Shown piece after piece: positions 25,496 to 40,532 of a DNA stretch of 64,000 nt. This DNA is from Octopus sinensis. Taxonomy: Eukaryota. Position 1 is the stretch's first letter. Each line of letters opens with the position of its first letter. A program made the position numbers and the translations under genes. The stretch lies in contig NC_043007.1 of NCBI RefSeq assembly GCF_006345805.1, positions 3,224,001 to 3,288,000 of the forward strand, given 5' to 3'. The notes beneath the pieces were generated by a model. The model was not told where the DNA came from and searched no databases. It worked only from the letters and a program-made list of their open reading frames with translations.

Positions 25496-27247
25496 TATAT
25501 AAACATACACAAAAACACAGATATAAATATATACACACACGTATTGGCGTGTGTGTATTTGTGTACAAGTGTTTCTGTATGTAAGTATACACGTTTGTGA
25601 AAATGGCTGCTAGAGAATCTTTCAATATACACTCAATAAACGTAAAATGATACGTCATTTATTAAAGTCTGAAGGTTTGCAAATCATTATCTCGTGTTTC
25701 ACGTGGTCGATAATCGCCCGGTCTATATTTTTATATAATCTTTTCAAATTTTCAAATTCCATCAATGATTAGGTCCATGACTTAGTGTCATTTTCGAATT
25801 TATTCCTTCTGTTCAATAGGTTACTGCAAAACATTTAATGTAAAACGCATTGGAATCGATAACATTTGAACTTAACAAATAACAGGGTGAAGTTAAGCAC
25901 AATAAGGAGTATATTTTGGTATTGAATCGTGTCTGTGAAACGGTTGCCCTTTGCCGTTGGAATATTTGTCATCATTTAAGAAGAAGAAGAAGAAGAAGAA
26001 GAAGAAATGAAATTAATTTTCGAGTGTTCAAGTTTACAACGTTTAATCAAAGAGGAATTTATTATTAAACTATTTACAAAACAATAATTCCAAGAAAATG
26101 TTATTTCAGAGAGCTTATACAGGTTAAGAAAGTGCATGTTTGAAAGAATCTGTCGATAAACTACGTCAATGAATAGCAAGAATTTACCAAAATATGCTAG
26201 AAAATTCTACATATACGTAAATTATATGATTATATGCTAAATAAAAGTTGAATCTCAGAAGGTTTTGAATTATGTCTAAGAAAGTTTAGGAGATTTAACT
26301 TTTGCTACAAGAACTAATCATGACATTCCAAAAATAATATTACACACACTCAGGTTATATTCAGAAGAAACCAAATTCTTCGAAACTTATTTCTTATGTT
26401 AATGAAATGAGAATGTAATAAATCTTGTGACGTATGAAATTGAGTAATTTTATGGGAAGCAACGTTTTCTGTCCGGTTTTCAAACAAATGATCATCCATT
26501 AAAGATCCCTACACATTTAATTGCCAAAAGTGATTAATATTTCGTTTGTTCCTCTGGCTTACAAACCGAATCAATCGAAATACCTAAAGTAATTATCAGC
26601 TTATTTCTTTAAGCAGCTATACTTATACCTACGGGATTTATCTAAGGCTTAAATATGCGGGAAAAAGATTTTTGCTTATCGGTCAAGTATGATTTAAAGT
26701 ATGAACTATAAGTAGAATCTGTACTCTTCTTCCTTTCATCAAAATATATCGTTCGTTGTTCTTGACTATCATTTTAGCTTTTTATGTATTTCTATGCAAG
26801 TCGGTCCCGCTGGGATTTACTGCAATGTAGCTACCTGTTCGAGTTTAATCACTTTTCATCATCTTCAATGTCAATTTATATTTCTGTGTTTATATATACA
26901 TGAAGAATTTTTCTCTCTAACTTGATATATATAAGATATTCTAGACAAAAACCTAACAACGATTATACAGTTATCGGCTGCAACATGCCATTCTACAGGA
27001 GGATGGATAAACATGTGGAACTCACCCACTATTGTATAAGATCAATATAAGAATAATATAAAAAGGAAGATGGAAATAGCAGGCTTTAGTAGCTGCTCAC
27101 ATTCCTTCTTTCTGTACGGGACACCAGCTTTAAGTTCCCAGGTTTACATTTGTATATCATTATATAAGTTTATATTTTTGAATAACTATATAAGCAAATA
27201 TGATTCGGCGACGGCTGTGTTCTGGTGCTCCCTCACGTGAAATGTGT

Positions 27248-27293
<46 letters not shown>

Positions 27294-27575
27294 TGTTAAT
27301 TCAAATAATAATGAATTTTAAAAAAGAGAAAAAGAATAAAACGAACATGAGGACGCTCGGTGAAAAGAGGGAGTTGTTGTTAACGTTTGGGGCATACCTC
27401 TTCGTCGGAAACAGGAAAGTCCAAAGAGAAAGAGGAAAAGTAAGGGAAAATAGCTAACAGTCCACGTGCAGTTACATTTATATATGTATATGTATATATA
27501 TACCTATATATATATGTAGTGTGTGTGTGCGTGTGTGTGTGTATATAGATGTATGTATATATATATGTATATATA

Positions 27576-27605
<30 letters not shown>

Positions 27606-27608
<3 letters not shown>

Positions 27609-27999
27609 ATTTAATAAATAAAATATAAGCATACATACATACATACATACATATATGTACGTACCTACATCAACATGTATATATACATGCATAATATATA
27701 TATATATATATATATATGAGTACAGGACACCACAAATAGACTGTCCCCGGTTCGACTCCATGCGTGTTTTGGCTGATGAAGGGGAATGTTCCTGTGTTGT
27801 GTGTCTTGTGCTCTGTTTTTCGTTGTTAAAAAAAGTCGTTTCCATGTTTTTATGTTTTCGTTTCTCGTTGAGTTCTACGTCTATTTGTGGTGTCCTGTAC
27901 TCATATATATATATATATGCATGTATATATACATGCAGATGTACGTACGTACATATATGTATGTATGTATGTATTCTTATATTTTATTTATTAAATTAT
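27606..27999. repeat. Inverted repeat with 137-bp spacer; arms include microsatellite
   Basis: atatgagtacaggacaccacaaatagac (to 27741) / gtctatttgtggtgtcctgtactcatat (from 27879); mirroring continues outward to ataatttaataaataaaatataag. Confidence 0.9.
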
Positions 28000-28055
28000 T
28001 GTATGACTGAGCGCCCTCGCGTCGTTTCGTTTCTTTTCTTTTCTCCAAGTAAGTT

Positions 28056-28106
<51 letters not shown>

Positions 28107-28434
28107 ATGTATATATATATATGTGTATATATTTCTACATATATATGCATATACATACATACATACATACATACATACATACATACATACATACATACAC
28201 ACGTGCACACGTATGCATATACATAAGGGTAAATATTTACTCTTAGAGTTATTTTGTTATTTTCTTCTGAGCCAAAGTCATGTTGATTAACGTTTTCCAC
28301 TTATTTCTATACAGCTTTCACTGGCATTTATATTATTCGGCTTCTTCAGCGTTTATACATTAATGGGAATGTTTCAATGCCTAATCATCGCTTATACTTT
28401 TGCTTGTAACATACAATATTACCTACACACACAT

Positions 28435-28481
<47 letters not shown>

Positions 28482-28805
28482 ATATATATAATATAATATG
28501 GCTGAAGTGAGAAATAGCTAATAGAGATATTTAATTCATAAATTTGCAAATAAATTTCGCAAACAACTTTGCAACAAACGTTAACTTCAGAGAGAATTAA
28601 AGAAATTTAACGAATTACATTTTCCAAACACCTGTCTACGGCTTCATTTCTTGTTTTCTATAAATATTTCAATAGAACAATTTCAATGAAACGTCATTCA
28701 TCAATTCCTGAAAATCAAAGAAAATCAATAAATTTGTTTTACTGTTGGTCGACTGTTGTAGTCATTCAAACGTTGATAAAACATTTATACTGTGTATTGA
28801 ATGTA

Positions 28806-28903
<98 letters not shown>

Positions 28904-29294
28904 TACATATACATATATATTATTTATCATATAAAATTTCTTTTTTTTTAATAATTCCGATTCATTCCATTTAAAAGAAAAGGTTGGTATAATGTATCAG
29001 TGAAAGTATATAGATTACATTATTATTTTCCCGGTTCATCTTTAACTTGCATCCACTCTGGGACATCGCCTCCATAAATTCTCCCCCACCTTAGTATTTA
29101 TGCTTCATGTGTGGTAGTTATTCTAGCTGGCTGTTTTGCTGAACTGCTAGTAACAGTGGAACCACCAGCTGTCAGGCGGAGTGGCGGACGACAACAGACA
29201 CAGGGACACGCATATACACATGCAGGCATATACAGATTTATGTACACACACACACACACACACATATATATATGTATATATATATGCGCACACA

Positions 29295-29670
29295 CACGCC
29301 AGCTTAATTTAATTCGTCCTTAGTCGAAAGACACCTGTTGTTAATGTCTTGTTGTTCGCATTTGTATTTGTGTACCGTTTCTACATTTTTTCCGCCTTTG
29401 TTTTTGTATACATTTGCTGCTTTTTCCAAGGAATCTAGCGCTCTTAGCTTAGATTTTCCTTGGAGCTGGCCAGATTGGAGCAATCTCGCGCACAACCAGC
29501 CGAATCTTCAAAGATAATCTAGAACTCGACTGACGAAAGAAAATTCCGAATGACCGGTCCTTGTTTTCTCTTGACTATTTTTGTACCATCTGTCTGGATG
29601 TCTTGTTGTTGCCTGTTGCGTTCTTTTCCCACTTTTATATTGTTATTCATATACATACGTACGTACAATT
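29295..29670 (+). mobile_element. Dispersed repeat family E (putative PLE terminal repeat); second copy at ~47227-47560
   Basis: Shared tagtcgaaagacacctgttgtt...gctctta.cttagattt...gccagatt.ga.c..tctc...ctgaYga...gaatgacc. Confidence 0.7.
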
Positions 29671-29673
29671 TGG

Positions 29674-29747
<74 letters not shown>

Positions 29748-30915
29748 ATATACAGTGACAATTTTCTCGCTGGCTCGCAATTATCAAGCAACGTAATGAT
29801 TATAATTACACAATTCCGCTCTAAACTTTTATTCAACCTTCAAGAGATAATGACAATCGCCACTGAATCAACAATATTGTAAGGCAACCTTCTCAACCAC
29901 ATAGCCATATAGCTATATATCTTTTATATCAGATTTCTTTCGTTTGGTCACTCTCTTCGTTTTATGTGCGCTGCTTAAAATAATTCCTCAGTGTAGAACT
30001 TGACCATGACCAAGGTAGATCTCTGTCAAAGTTTCTTTCCATCTTCGAATAATTTAAATTCATTTTTCAGCGTGAACCGTAAATGTCACACTTACAAACT
30101 AGATTTAGCATATTTGTATAAGCATATTTGTATATCTTCAATAGGAATGCTGTAATTAACGCTAAAATAATATTGTAAAAGAGATTTGCTAACACGAATT
30201 ATATCTGACGTAATTAGCAAGGTTTTTTTCTTAATTAATCATCTGCTAGCATCCCAATCAATTAAGTTTTAGAGTGAATGTGAATTATGAATGCATGAAA
30301 CTAGTTCACAATCGGAGAAGAACCGTTGAAATTCCTTTGTAATTGTTATTTCTCTGGCGTCTCAATATCATAAAGTAAATTGCTGTTAGTTTCCGTTTTG
30401 TCTTTTAAGATATAGTGGAATATTATTTGAGTCGACTACACTTCCATTCTGAAAATAATTGACCACGTTCCTAGTAAATACTATTGATTATAAACAAGAA
30501 GTATCACTAAGATTTGGTTATTTAATTGGACATTTGTTAACGAATCTGCGCTACTTAAAATTATATGTTTGGGGGTCAATTAATGACAACTTTAAAAGGC
30601 AATAAAATCTGTATTCACTTGACCATTGACGCATTGACATTAGCAATGTATCTGTAAAAGAACATTGTTACACATACTTTAGAAATATACGTTCCATTAT
30701 CGAATCCAATATTGCTTTGTGTAAACATCAACAATTAGACACTTGTTTTCTGTCGAAGATCAAACTAGTTTATTAAATTTTATAGAAACAAATGATTTTA
30801 AATGTTTCCTCCTATGTAATGATTAATTTAAAAGTACATGGAACAATAATCACAGTAAAACTATATTTGAGATATTTTCACATCATACGGTATCATAATG
30901 ATGTTCACTTTTGTA

Positions 30916-30996
30916 GGAGTGGCTGTGTGGTAAATAGCTTGCTTACGAACCACATGGTTCCTGGTTCAGTCCCACAGCGTGGCACCTTGGGCAAGT
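30916..30996 (+). mobile_element. SINE family B head only
   Basis: ggagtggctgtgtggtaaatagcttgcttacgaaccacatggttcctggttcagtcccacagcgtggcaccttgggcaagt. Confidence 0.85.
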
Positions 30997-31894
30997 AAGT
31001 CAATTCTACACAATGATTTAGGAAAAGGACGGAATGGCATCAATGCACAAGTCTTTCATATATATGCATATTTAAGATAGCAAATATAGTAATCAAATTA
31101 GTGAACGGTTTTTATATAAAATTCACTGAGAAGATAATAAAATAACGGTTGAAAGTAGAGATGGCTACAGTCACTGTTACAACAAAAGACCAATTAAATG
31201 AAATGGGATGGGAATAAAAGAAATAATTAAAAATAATGAAATAAAGAAAACGGGATTAAAGAAGAACAGGAATATATTCTTTAGGAAAACGATATGAAGA
31301 AAGTTTATTCCACAACTGAACACTACATAGAAAAAAAACCTTGTGTGTCGAACTTGCATTGCATCAATGACAAATTTACACGATTCGCTGAATTTAGCGA
31401 TAAGTTCTGATTAAAATGCCTGGAATAAGGACACCTTAGTTGGAATGAAACTCATTCAGGCTCCTTCTCTTAACTATAGAAAGGTCACAGATATGCAAAC
31501 TCTCTTCAGTGAAACAGCTGTTGGAATGAGGAACATAGTTCAACGCTAACAACATAAAGATTTAGATTGTACAAGCTACCAAGTGTGGAGGGTTGAGGTT
31601 TGGACAAAAATGGCCGAATGTCCGAGCAGTTTCTATTATATGAAAAAAAGGGGTTCTTATAGAGACCAACAGAGGATCAGTTGCAGAGGATGTGCTTTCC
31701 ATTGCATTCTCTAAAATACCCGGGAAATTGTAAGCAAACACACGGAAACATAGCAATACTTTCTACAATGGTGTATCTTCGTATAGCTAACATCGGTGTC
31801 TCCACCGTGATGATCGTTTATTATAAATAACAGCGATATCTCGTTCGAATTATACACCCATCTATTACACAAAGCGGACACATTCGGTAATATA

Positions 31895-32125
31895 TACTTC
31901 TTTACTACCCTCAAGGGGCTAAACACAGAGGGGACAAACAAGGACAGACAAACGGATTAAGTCGATTATATCGACCCCAGTGCGCTACTGGTACTTAATT
32001 TATCGACCCCGAAAGGATGAAAGGCAAAGTCGACCTCGGCGGAATTTGAACTCAGAACGTAACGGCAGACGAAATACGGCAACGCATTTCGCCCGGCGTG
32101 CTAGCGTTTCTGCCAGCTCGCCGCC
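31895..32125 (-). mobile_element. SINE family A, well-preserved monomer
   Basis: Reverse complement ggcggcgagctggcagaaacgctagcacgccgggcgaaatgcg...gagttcaaattccgccgaggtcgactttgcctttcatcctttcggggtcgataaattaagtacc; tRNA-like B box followed by a Nin/Deu-like domain. Confidence 0.92.
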
Positions 32126-32505
32126 TTCACGTTTGGTAATATAGTCCGGGCGAGATATTGTCGAAACATCAGAAGAGATGGTCATGGTTAAGTAACACAA
32201 TTAACTATGGCAACAATGTTATATCTCCTTAGAGTTAAATAAATTCAGTTGTGCGTCTTGTCCATAAGCACCGGCAGCTTTTAGCTGATTACACAGTAGA
32301 CAACATAATCGACAACTATTTGCGCTCGCAATGTCTCCTGAAGGTGGAATGTAAAGTTTATACACTTTCTTATAACTCATGCGACGGAATTAGAAGGTAA
32401 AATTGAGTAATTATAATCATTACTTTGTTTGATAATTGCCTTTCAGCAAGAAAATAGCCATTGTTTTTTTATATTTCGTACACTTGTGACGTGAGTTCAT
32501 AAAAT

Positions 32506-32506
<1 letters not shown>

Positions 32507-32572
<66 letters not shown>

Positions 32573-32607
32573 TATATATACACACATATTTATATATATA
32601 TATATAT

Positions 32608-32649
<42 letters not shown>

Positions 32650-32650
32650 T

Positions 32651-32719
<69 letters not shown>

Positions 32720-32731
32720 TACACACATATT

Positions 32732-32764
<33 letters not shown>

Positions 32765-32800
32765 TATATATTATATATATATAATATATATATATACATG

Positions 32801-32860
<60 letters not shown>

Positions 32861-32861
32861 C

Positions 32862-32915
<54 letters not shown>

Positions 32916-32916
32916 G

Positions 32917-32995
<79 letters not shown>
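32507..32995. repeat. Large (TA)n/(CA)n compound microsatellite
   Basis: Directly visible. Confidence 0.95.
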
Positions 32996-32998
<3 letters not shown>

Positions 32999-34669
32999 GT
33001 GTATGTCTATGCGTATGTAGAATGTTACGAAGTTATAATTCTCAACAGAGCTAGCTCTAGTGAAAAGTCAATTTTGTAATATATTATACGATACATGATT
33101 GGGTTATATCCGTTGCTTATGTGTATGTTTTAACGCATTATGCGTCTGTACACGGGTGTGTGGTTATGCATGAGTGTATGCGTTCGTAAAGTGCTTAATG
33201 GCGATCAGAAGTACTCAGTACAAATGTATAATACAATATAAAATTTTTGGCCGAATCTATGGCCGGTCTAGAGACTCTCCGAAGAAACTAGTGTCTTCCC
33301 TCGGCAACTGAATTCTGCGTGATGGAATTCAACACATCTGGTGGTAGATTGGCATATATTAATACATTTTGAAGAATTCGACACACCTGTTTTCGCTTTT
33401 GAAATCTATTTGTTCATAAGTGTGACACTGTTATAGGATGCATGTGTGCAGAGAATTTGACCAGGAATATAATCTATTCCATTACGTCTATGTAAAACGT
33501 TAAAATAACATTGTTGTTTTGTTATCGTACAATCATACGTAAAACACACACTTTTCGTTCTTTTACTGCCATAATTTCTCATTTGCGACATATCCTGCTT
33601 AACATGAAATTTACTTCAATTTTAGTGGGTTCAATTCTCATTAATAATGAAATTCCGAAAATTCTTTCATGAGTTGACTTGTTCGGAAACATTTTGTGAA
33701 TTCAAGCGCCTGAATTTTGCTCGAATACTTTTAATGCCACAGATAGAAGTGAGATCTTTGAGCCTGTGCTCAACGACGCTTTCACTATTTGACTTCTTAA
33801 AGTGATGAGCGTGCAGAATCGTTAGCACATGGGATAAAATGGTTCACGGAATTTCTTACTGCTCTTTTAGGTACTTCCGGGTTGAATTTTTGCGTTCATT
33901 CTATCATGATCGATAAAATAAGTACCATTTGGGTCGATGTTATTGATTATACTGTCCCTGGAAAAATTGCAGGCCTTCTAGAAGAAAACAATGGACTTCT
34001 TCCGAGATAGAATATTCTGCATATTAATATACTTATGAAATTTTAAGGAATCCGACAAATTAGAAGGTTTTATAAATGTATACGATAGACAAAGGAACAC
34101 ATATATATAGACATATACACATACACATTACTTTGTAAGCACGTACACATATTTACACAAAAATACAAACATTCAAGCATTCATATACCTATGTTTGTGT
34201 GTGTTTGTGTATAAACATACACAGGCATAATTATATGATTGTGTGTGTGTGTGTTTGTGCATATATGTATGTGAGGAAGAGAGAGAATGTGTGTTTACAC
34301 ACACACATATGCACACAAATCGACAAGGTGTGTGAGTGTAATTCCTTTTATTTTCTTCTCGTTTTCATCACAACACCTCGTCACCTACGTATTTTTTGAT
34401 CTCCTTAGACGAAGCTCCAGCTGTGTCAATGACAACCGAGACATTCCAAATTAATCTAGCTCAGCTTTCTAAGAGCTAATTTTCTTAAACACACAAAACT
34501 CAAATCACCAGTCTGTGATCATGCCTGGCTAATAAATATTCCTAAGAACCAACAATATACAAGACGAATGTGTTACACCATGACGCTGAATATTAATGAG
34601 TTGCAGGGAATATGTGAGCCACATTTAACCCATTTATATTAGGGGAACAAATAGAGTGTTTTTTTTTTT

Positions 34670-34974
34670 GTTGTTTGTTCCTTCTCGAGCCATGCCTGGT
34701 TCATAAGGGCCGGTTTTCCCGTTTCCTTGGCATATAGGTTCCCCACCTGGACGAGACGCCGGTCCGTCGCAGATGAGCTGCAAGATGCAGGAGGTAAGAG
34801 TGAGAGAAAGTTGTGGCGAAAGAGTCAGCAAAAGTTTCGCCATTACCTTCTGCCGGAGCCGCGTGTAGCTTAGGTGTTTCGCTCATAAACACACCCATTG
34901 CCCGGTCTGAGATTCGAATCCACGATCCCTCGACCTCGAGTCCACTGCTCTAGCCACTAGGCCATGTGGCTCCA
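34670..34974 (-). mobile_element. SINE family C plus tail T2
   Basis: Family C head/body joined to ctgcgacggaccggcgtctcgtccaggtggggaacctatatgccaaggaaac, homologous to the tail at 9362. Confidence 0.85.
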
Positions 34975-35331
34975 CAAATAGAGTATTGCGTACATGCGTG
35001 TGTCTATCGATGTTAATGCTGTTACAACTAATGTTGCTGTTGTTGTTGTTCTTCTTCCAATGGGGACTCACGCCATTAGCCACAAAGAATAATCTCTCAT
35101 TCGAGCCTACTCTAAACTACTAAGAATGCGTGTGGCAACTTGAAGATCCACCCACCACACGCGATAGACTGGCGGTTACACGGGCGCGAAAGCTACGTTG
35201 TTATCCTCATTCTGTAAACGGTGGCTTTTAACGGGTGGAGAGCTGAACCATCCTGGGGTACAGAGGATTGGCAATCTAGACTAGAAGGCCTTGTACAAAA
35301 CCCCATGGTTCCTCTGTTTTGTGGCAGAAGT

Positions 35332-35517
35332 AGGAAGAAAGAGTGAGAGAAAGTTGTGCTGAAAGAGTTCAGCGGAGTTCACTACCACCCCTGCCGGAGC
35401 CTCATGGAGCTTAGGTGTTTTTGTTCAATAAACACTCACAATGCCCGGTCTGGGAATCGAAGCCGCGTTCTTACGACAGCGAGTCCGCTGCCCTAACCAC
35501 TGGACCATTGCGCCTCC
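35332..35517 (-). mobile_element. SINE family C, 3'-truncated
   Basis: ccggtctgggaatcgaagccgcg...gagtccgctgccctaaccactggaccattgcgcctcc. Confidence 0.88.
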
Positions 35518-36189
35518 ACTTGCTGTTCTATTTGTTGTATTGATTTAACCGCAGGTGATCCCTGTATGAGTATATGTATTGTTTAACACTTACTGTGACC
35601 ATCCGGTATTTTGAGACAGTTCATTTCAGCCTTCATTACCCAAATCTGGCGTCCCTTTTCTCATAAGCAAATTATAGACTTCATTTGAGAGAGAAGTATG
35701 GCAGCCAGTCAAACAACCACGCAGATGCAACTTCTTGTCTTTGACAAATACGAATCACATTTCTTTAAATCTTGAGAAGACAAACACAATCGCTTACGAT
35801 GTGTTCCCTCCGGTTTTTGCCGCCGCCACCACCACCTCCATCACCATCATCATCATCATCATCATTATTATTACTACTACTACTACTACTACTACTATTA
35901 ATTTTATTATTATTTAAAGTGGCGATCTAAGAGAAAGAGTAGGGTTTCGTATAAAGGCATAGCGGTGCTTGTTCGAAATCTTAATGTTCAAAGTAGAAAT
36001 CTCATCCTTTCACAATCCATAAAATAAAGAAGAAATCAAGTACTGAAGCTATCACCCTCCTCTCCAAATTGCTGGCTTTGTGCCTAAATCAGAAATTACT
36101 ATATTCCTCGGCGTCGTCGTCACGCTTACTAGTGTTTCCGGCGACACTGTCGCCATGGCTGTTGTTGCTGTTTCTTTGTTTGTTTGTTG

Positions 36190-36543
36190 AGCGAAGCGGT
36201 CTTCGTCCGTAGTGGGAGAAGTCCGATACGTGGTTTTTTTGCTATTCGTAAGACCCACAGAAGAGAAAGCAGGTCAACCCCCGACACCGAGAGCATCGAC
36301 GGATGGATGAATGCGCATCCAGGCTCAGCGGTTGCGTAGGAAGTCGGGGACAAGAAACAGGAAGAAAGAGTGAGAGGAAGTTGGAGCGAAAGAGTACAAC
36401 AGGGGTCGCCACCAACCCCTGCCGGAGCCTTGTAGAGCTTTAGGTGTTTTCGCTCAATGAACACACACAACGCCCGATCTGGGAATCGAAACCGCGATCC
36501 CCGACCCCGAGTCCGCTGCCCTAACCACTAGGCCATTGCGCCT
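36190..36543 (-). mobile_element. SINE family C plus tail T4
   Basis: Family C head/body joined to a distinct tail ...cttacgaatagcaaaaaaccacgtatcggacttctccc. Confidence 0.85.
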
Positions 36544-37925
36544 ACGCTGTAGTTGCTGTCTCCTAGAAGCTGGCGTTATCATCGCCTTTCACATAATTGC
36601 TCATCTTAAATAGAAATCAATATTCTGTTTTAAAATATTAAGAAAACAAACAAACTTCCACCAAATCTTTCTCTCCGTTGTTTATCGTTCCGTCACTATT
36701 GGTCATCTTTTTTCTGCATTTATAATCCAATCATTTTCACAAACTTTTGCTTTAATAATCCCTGAAGGATTTAATGTTAATCTTTTCTTGGTAAGGTTAA
36801 TGAGTTCTATATTTTATAATATAAAATATTAGTTAGATGAACCTTCGAATATAATAAATGCAATTTCAGTCACATTTGTTGTTGCCACAAGAGAAGCGAA
36901 GTTATTTTCTAAATCATTTAGCAATTGATTAATTTAATCTCAGTATTTAAACATTTTAAGTTTCATTGTAATTAGTCTTCATATTTTCTATTATATTGAC
37001 ATTTTATCATTAACCGTTCCGTTCGAAATCCTTAATTCTCAGCAGCTATTTCAAATTTTACAAGTGAATATTAATCCCTAAATTATGATTAGCTTTTTCT
37101 GCACGCACAACAACGTTTATACTGTATTTTTTTCTTCGTTTAAGAATAGCATAAATAATACAAACTGTCGATTTCTTTAGATTATATCGTCGTTACACAT
37201 GACGAATCTCTTACAAGAGAGCTGCCTTTTTCTGAAAGGCAAAGCTTCGTTAAACAGAGTTCAGTAACGAACATTGTAATCACTATCTGATAAACGAAAA
37301 CGATGAAACTCATCCTGTTTATCACGCTACAAAGCCATCGCAGATTATTTCGTCCGGAGGCTTTCTAACACTTATTAATAAATTCGGGGAACTAAAATAC
37401 GCCCAACGATCAAAAAAAATTTGCATGGATTTGAAGTTCCGAGATCGTAATCTAATATCATAGTCATTGAACCATCTCTTTTGTGTATCTGGCTTACGAA
37501 TTCTCATTATTACGGATTTCTTTTCTGCGTAGAATACCGCGATGGTTTAAATGAATATAGCATCGATGCGGAAACGAAGCGGTTAAACTTAGAATTTTGT
37601 ATACGAATATTAATTAGTATGTGCCTTAGAATTTCAACGAACTCACTTGAGGCCGAGTTTTAAAAAGACTTGAAAGACTTCTACAGGAATATTTTGAGTT
37701 CCAATACACAGGATTTGATATCGGAATCGATGTAATTCCTTAAATCAGATACAGCGAATTGATTTAGTCGACTGAAAAAACAGCGATTAAAAGAACTAGC
37801 CAGGACTCACGAGGCAAGAAAAGAACTTTGATACGGTTGATTGACCTGCGAGAACTAATAGCCATATTCCCTCAAGTTGTAATTAAACATTTTAAAAGAA
37901 GAAAAATCGAACTCTACAATGTATA

Positions 37926-38293
<368 letters not shown>

Positions 38294-38870
38294 TACGGAA
38301 TGCTCAACGATGGAATACATTTGACCCTACGCCTGTTTAGTTATTGCTGACTTGACGGCGCACAACGACAAAGTGATTATTTGATAGAAGAGAGGAATGT
38401 ATTTGCCAAAAGAAACTTGATTCTAGAAACTGAAATAGATTCTAAGAAGGCTTCAGTATTATGAGAATAGATTAATGGGAAGCTACAACAATCATGCCTT
38501 TCTAACAAACAGTACTGAATGTAAAGAGAATAGAACTACAACAGATAATTGAAACCGACGCAGGACTTCATTGCACATGCAATTTATCTTTGCAGCTGTG
38601 TACGCATTATTATCAATGTTCTTTTATACAGGTTTTTGTTTCTTCACATATTTTGGGTAAAATGTATGGATAAGATGTTTCAACCCAGTCATTAGTGCAT
38701 TAGTACTTATTTGTCGGCAGTCATGAATTGAACTCGAAGCGTAACTGAATATATCTGAATGCCGTAAAGTATGATTGTTCCAAGTAAAGTATGATTATTT
38801 TTCTTATGATGAGGCCGATGATTTTTTTACATAAAATTCATTGAGAAGGTATTAATTAAGGATAAGTGAG

Positions 38871-39182
38871 GGCGCGTGGCTTAGTGGTTAGGGCATTCGG
38901 CTCATGATCGTAAGGTTGTGAGTTCGATTCCCGGCGACGTGTGTCCTTGAGCAAGACACTTTATTTCACGTTGCTCCAGTCACACTCAGCTGGCAAAAAT
39001 GATTTGTACTTGTATTTCAAAGGGTCAGCCTTGTCACTCTCTGGTCACGCTGATTATCCCTGAGACCTACGTTAAGGGTACACGTTCTGTGGAATGCTCA
39101 GCCATTTGCACGTTAATTTCACGAGCAAGCTGTTCCGTTGATCGTATCAGCTGGGACCCTCGTCATCGTAACCGGCGGAGTC
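38871..39182 (+). mobile_element. SINE family D plus tail T1
   Basis: ggcgcgtggcttagtggttagggcattcggctcatgatcgtaaggttgtgagttcgattcccgg...gtaaccggcggagtc. Confidence 0.9.
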
Positions 39183-39559
39183 TTTAAAAAAATTAAGGAT
39201 AAAGGTATTCTTTATTTCATTATTTTTTTATTATTTCCATCTCATTTGATTTCATATCATTTCGTCGTTTGTTGCATCTATCACTTTAACCATCTCAACT
39301 TTCAACCGGTATTCTATTAACGTCTCAGGGAATTTCATACAAAAATTATCGGCCTCATGATCATTAAAAAAAAAAAACATTGGACACTATGTGGAGTAAA
39401 CAGAAGACTAACTCTTAAGGGAATACAATGGCTTGATTTGAACGCTGATAGTCAATATTCAATTTTGCTGAAACAACAGGCAAATTCCGGAATGCAACAT
39501 TTTCACTTCTTTCATATATTGCAACACAACATTTTAATTTCTTTCAGGATATGCAGCAC

Positions 39560-39690
39560 CCCTAGAGTAACCACCGCCAGCTCATCTGTCGCCACAAAGA
39601 TCTGTCTCTAGCAAATCTTGCCCATGCAGACCCCAGGAGGGCAAGTGAGGCGCGTGCTATCTCGTCTTTGATCTCCCCCATAATTTGATA
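39560..39690 (-). mobile_element. RTE-like LINE C-terminal fragment
   Basis: Minus strand: GRSKTR*, then with a frameshift LALLGSAWARFARDRSLWRQM, resembling RTE GRPKTRW...AxDRxxWR. Confidence 0.5.
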
Positions 39691-40532
39691 TCTTTTCTCA
39701 GCGTCAACTCTGCAACTCGTTTCGTTCACCACTTGCTCCTTTTAGTTTTAGCAAGGCAACTTGAGCTCGTAAACATGATCGCTTTTATTTCCAAACAATG
39801 GCCATTTTTTCAACACTTTCTCTTTATTCCCTTGTCGTGGGACGCGTTTATCAGTATCTAAACAATAAGAGCTTCGTGTGTGTAGCCGAGCAGTAATTCA
39901 GTATTTTAACTTAGCCAAGTCCTGCGGGTGCGTAAATTGGATTTCTCTTCTAACATTCTTTATCGGTACATCTAAGGCCGTTTGGTTCTCTTTTTTCTTC
40001 TAGATTCCACACTTAGAGTATGTATGATGGTTTCTTTTCATTCTGTCTATATCGTGTCTTCTCACTATCTCTCTCTTTATATCTGTGTCTCTCTTCCTCT
40101 CTCTCTCTCTCCCTCTCTGTACTTTTTACATTGAGTCATGTCATTACACTACCCTGTAAAAAACCCTCATACCGTAATCTAAGACCTTAGTTTTCCAGTT
40201 CATACATTAGTCAGGCAAATTCTGTAATAACTATAAAGGCTTAGTGTTTTCTCGAATGGTTAGGTTTAATGCGCTGCTCAGTCCCTGTTTTTTTTTCTGT
40301 ACCAGAGTCACAAGTTTGTCACGATTGCCTCGGAAACTGCTGCTGTCCATGCATATATACATACAAACATACATACATGCATGCACAATGACATTGATGG
40401 CAATAATTTATTGGCAAGATAGTGCTACAGATATATATATATATATAATTATATAATATATAATATATATACAGAAAATACTAAATTTCTAAATCTCTCG
40501 TAGAGAAAGGACGGTGGGGGGGGGATGGGGCG

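Noticed and set aside
28305-28356. Minus-strand CUGAAGA...GAAAGCUG
   Set aside because: Stems I and II do not pair and position 17 is G.
31560-31740. KCGGL and CRGC peptides suggesting a LINE thumb or zinc knuckle
   Set aside because: Short motifs in different frames with no supporting context.
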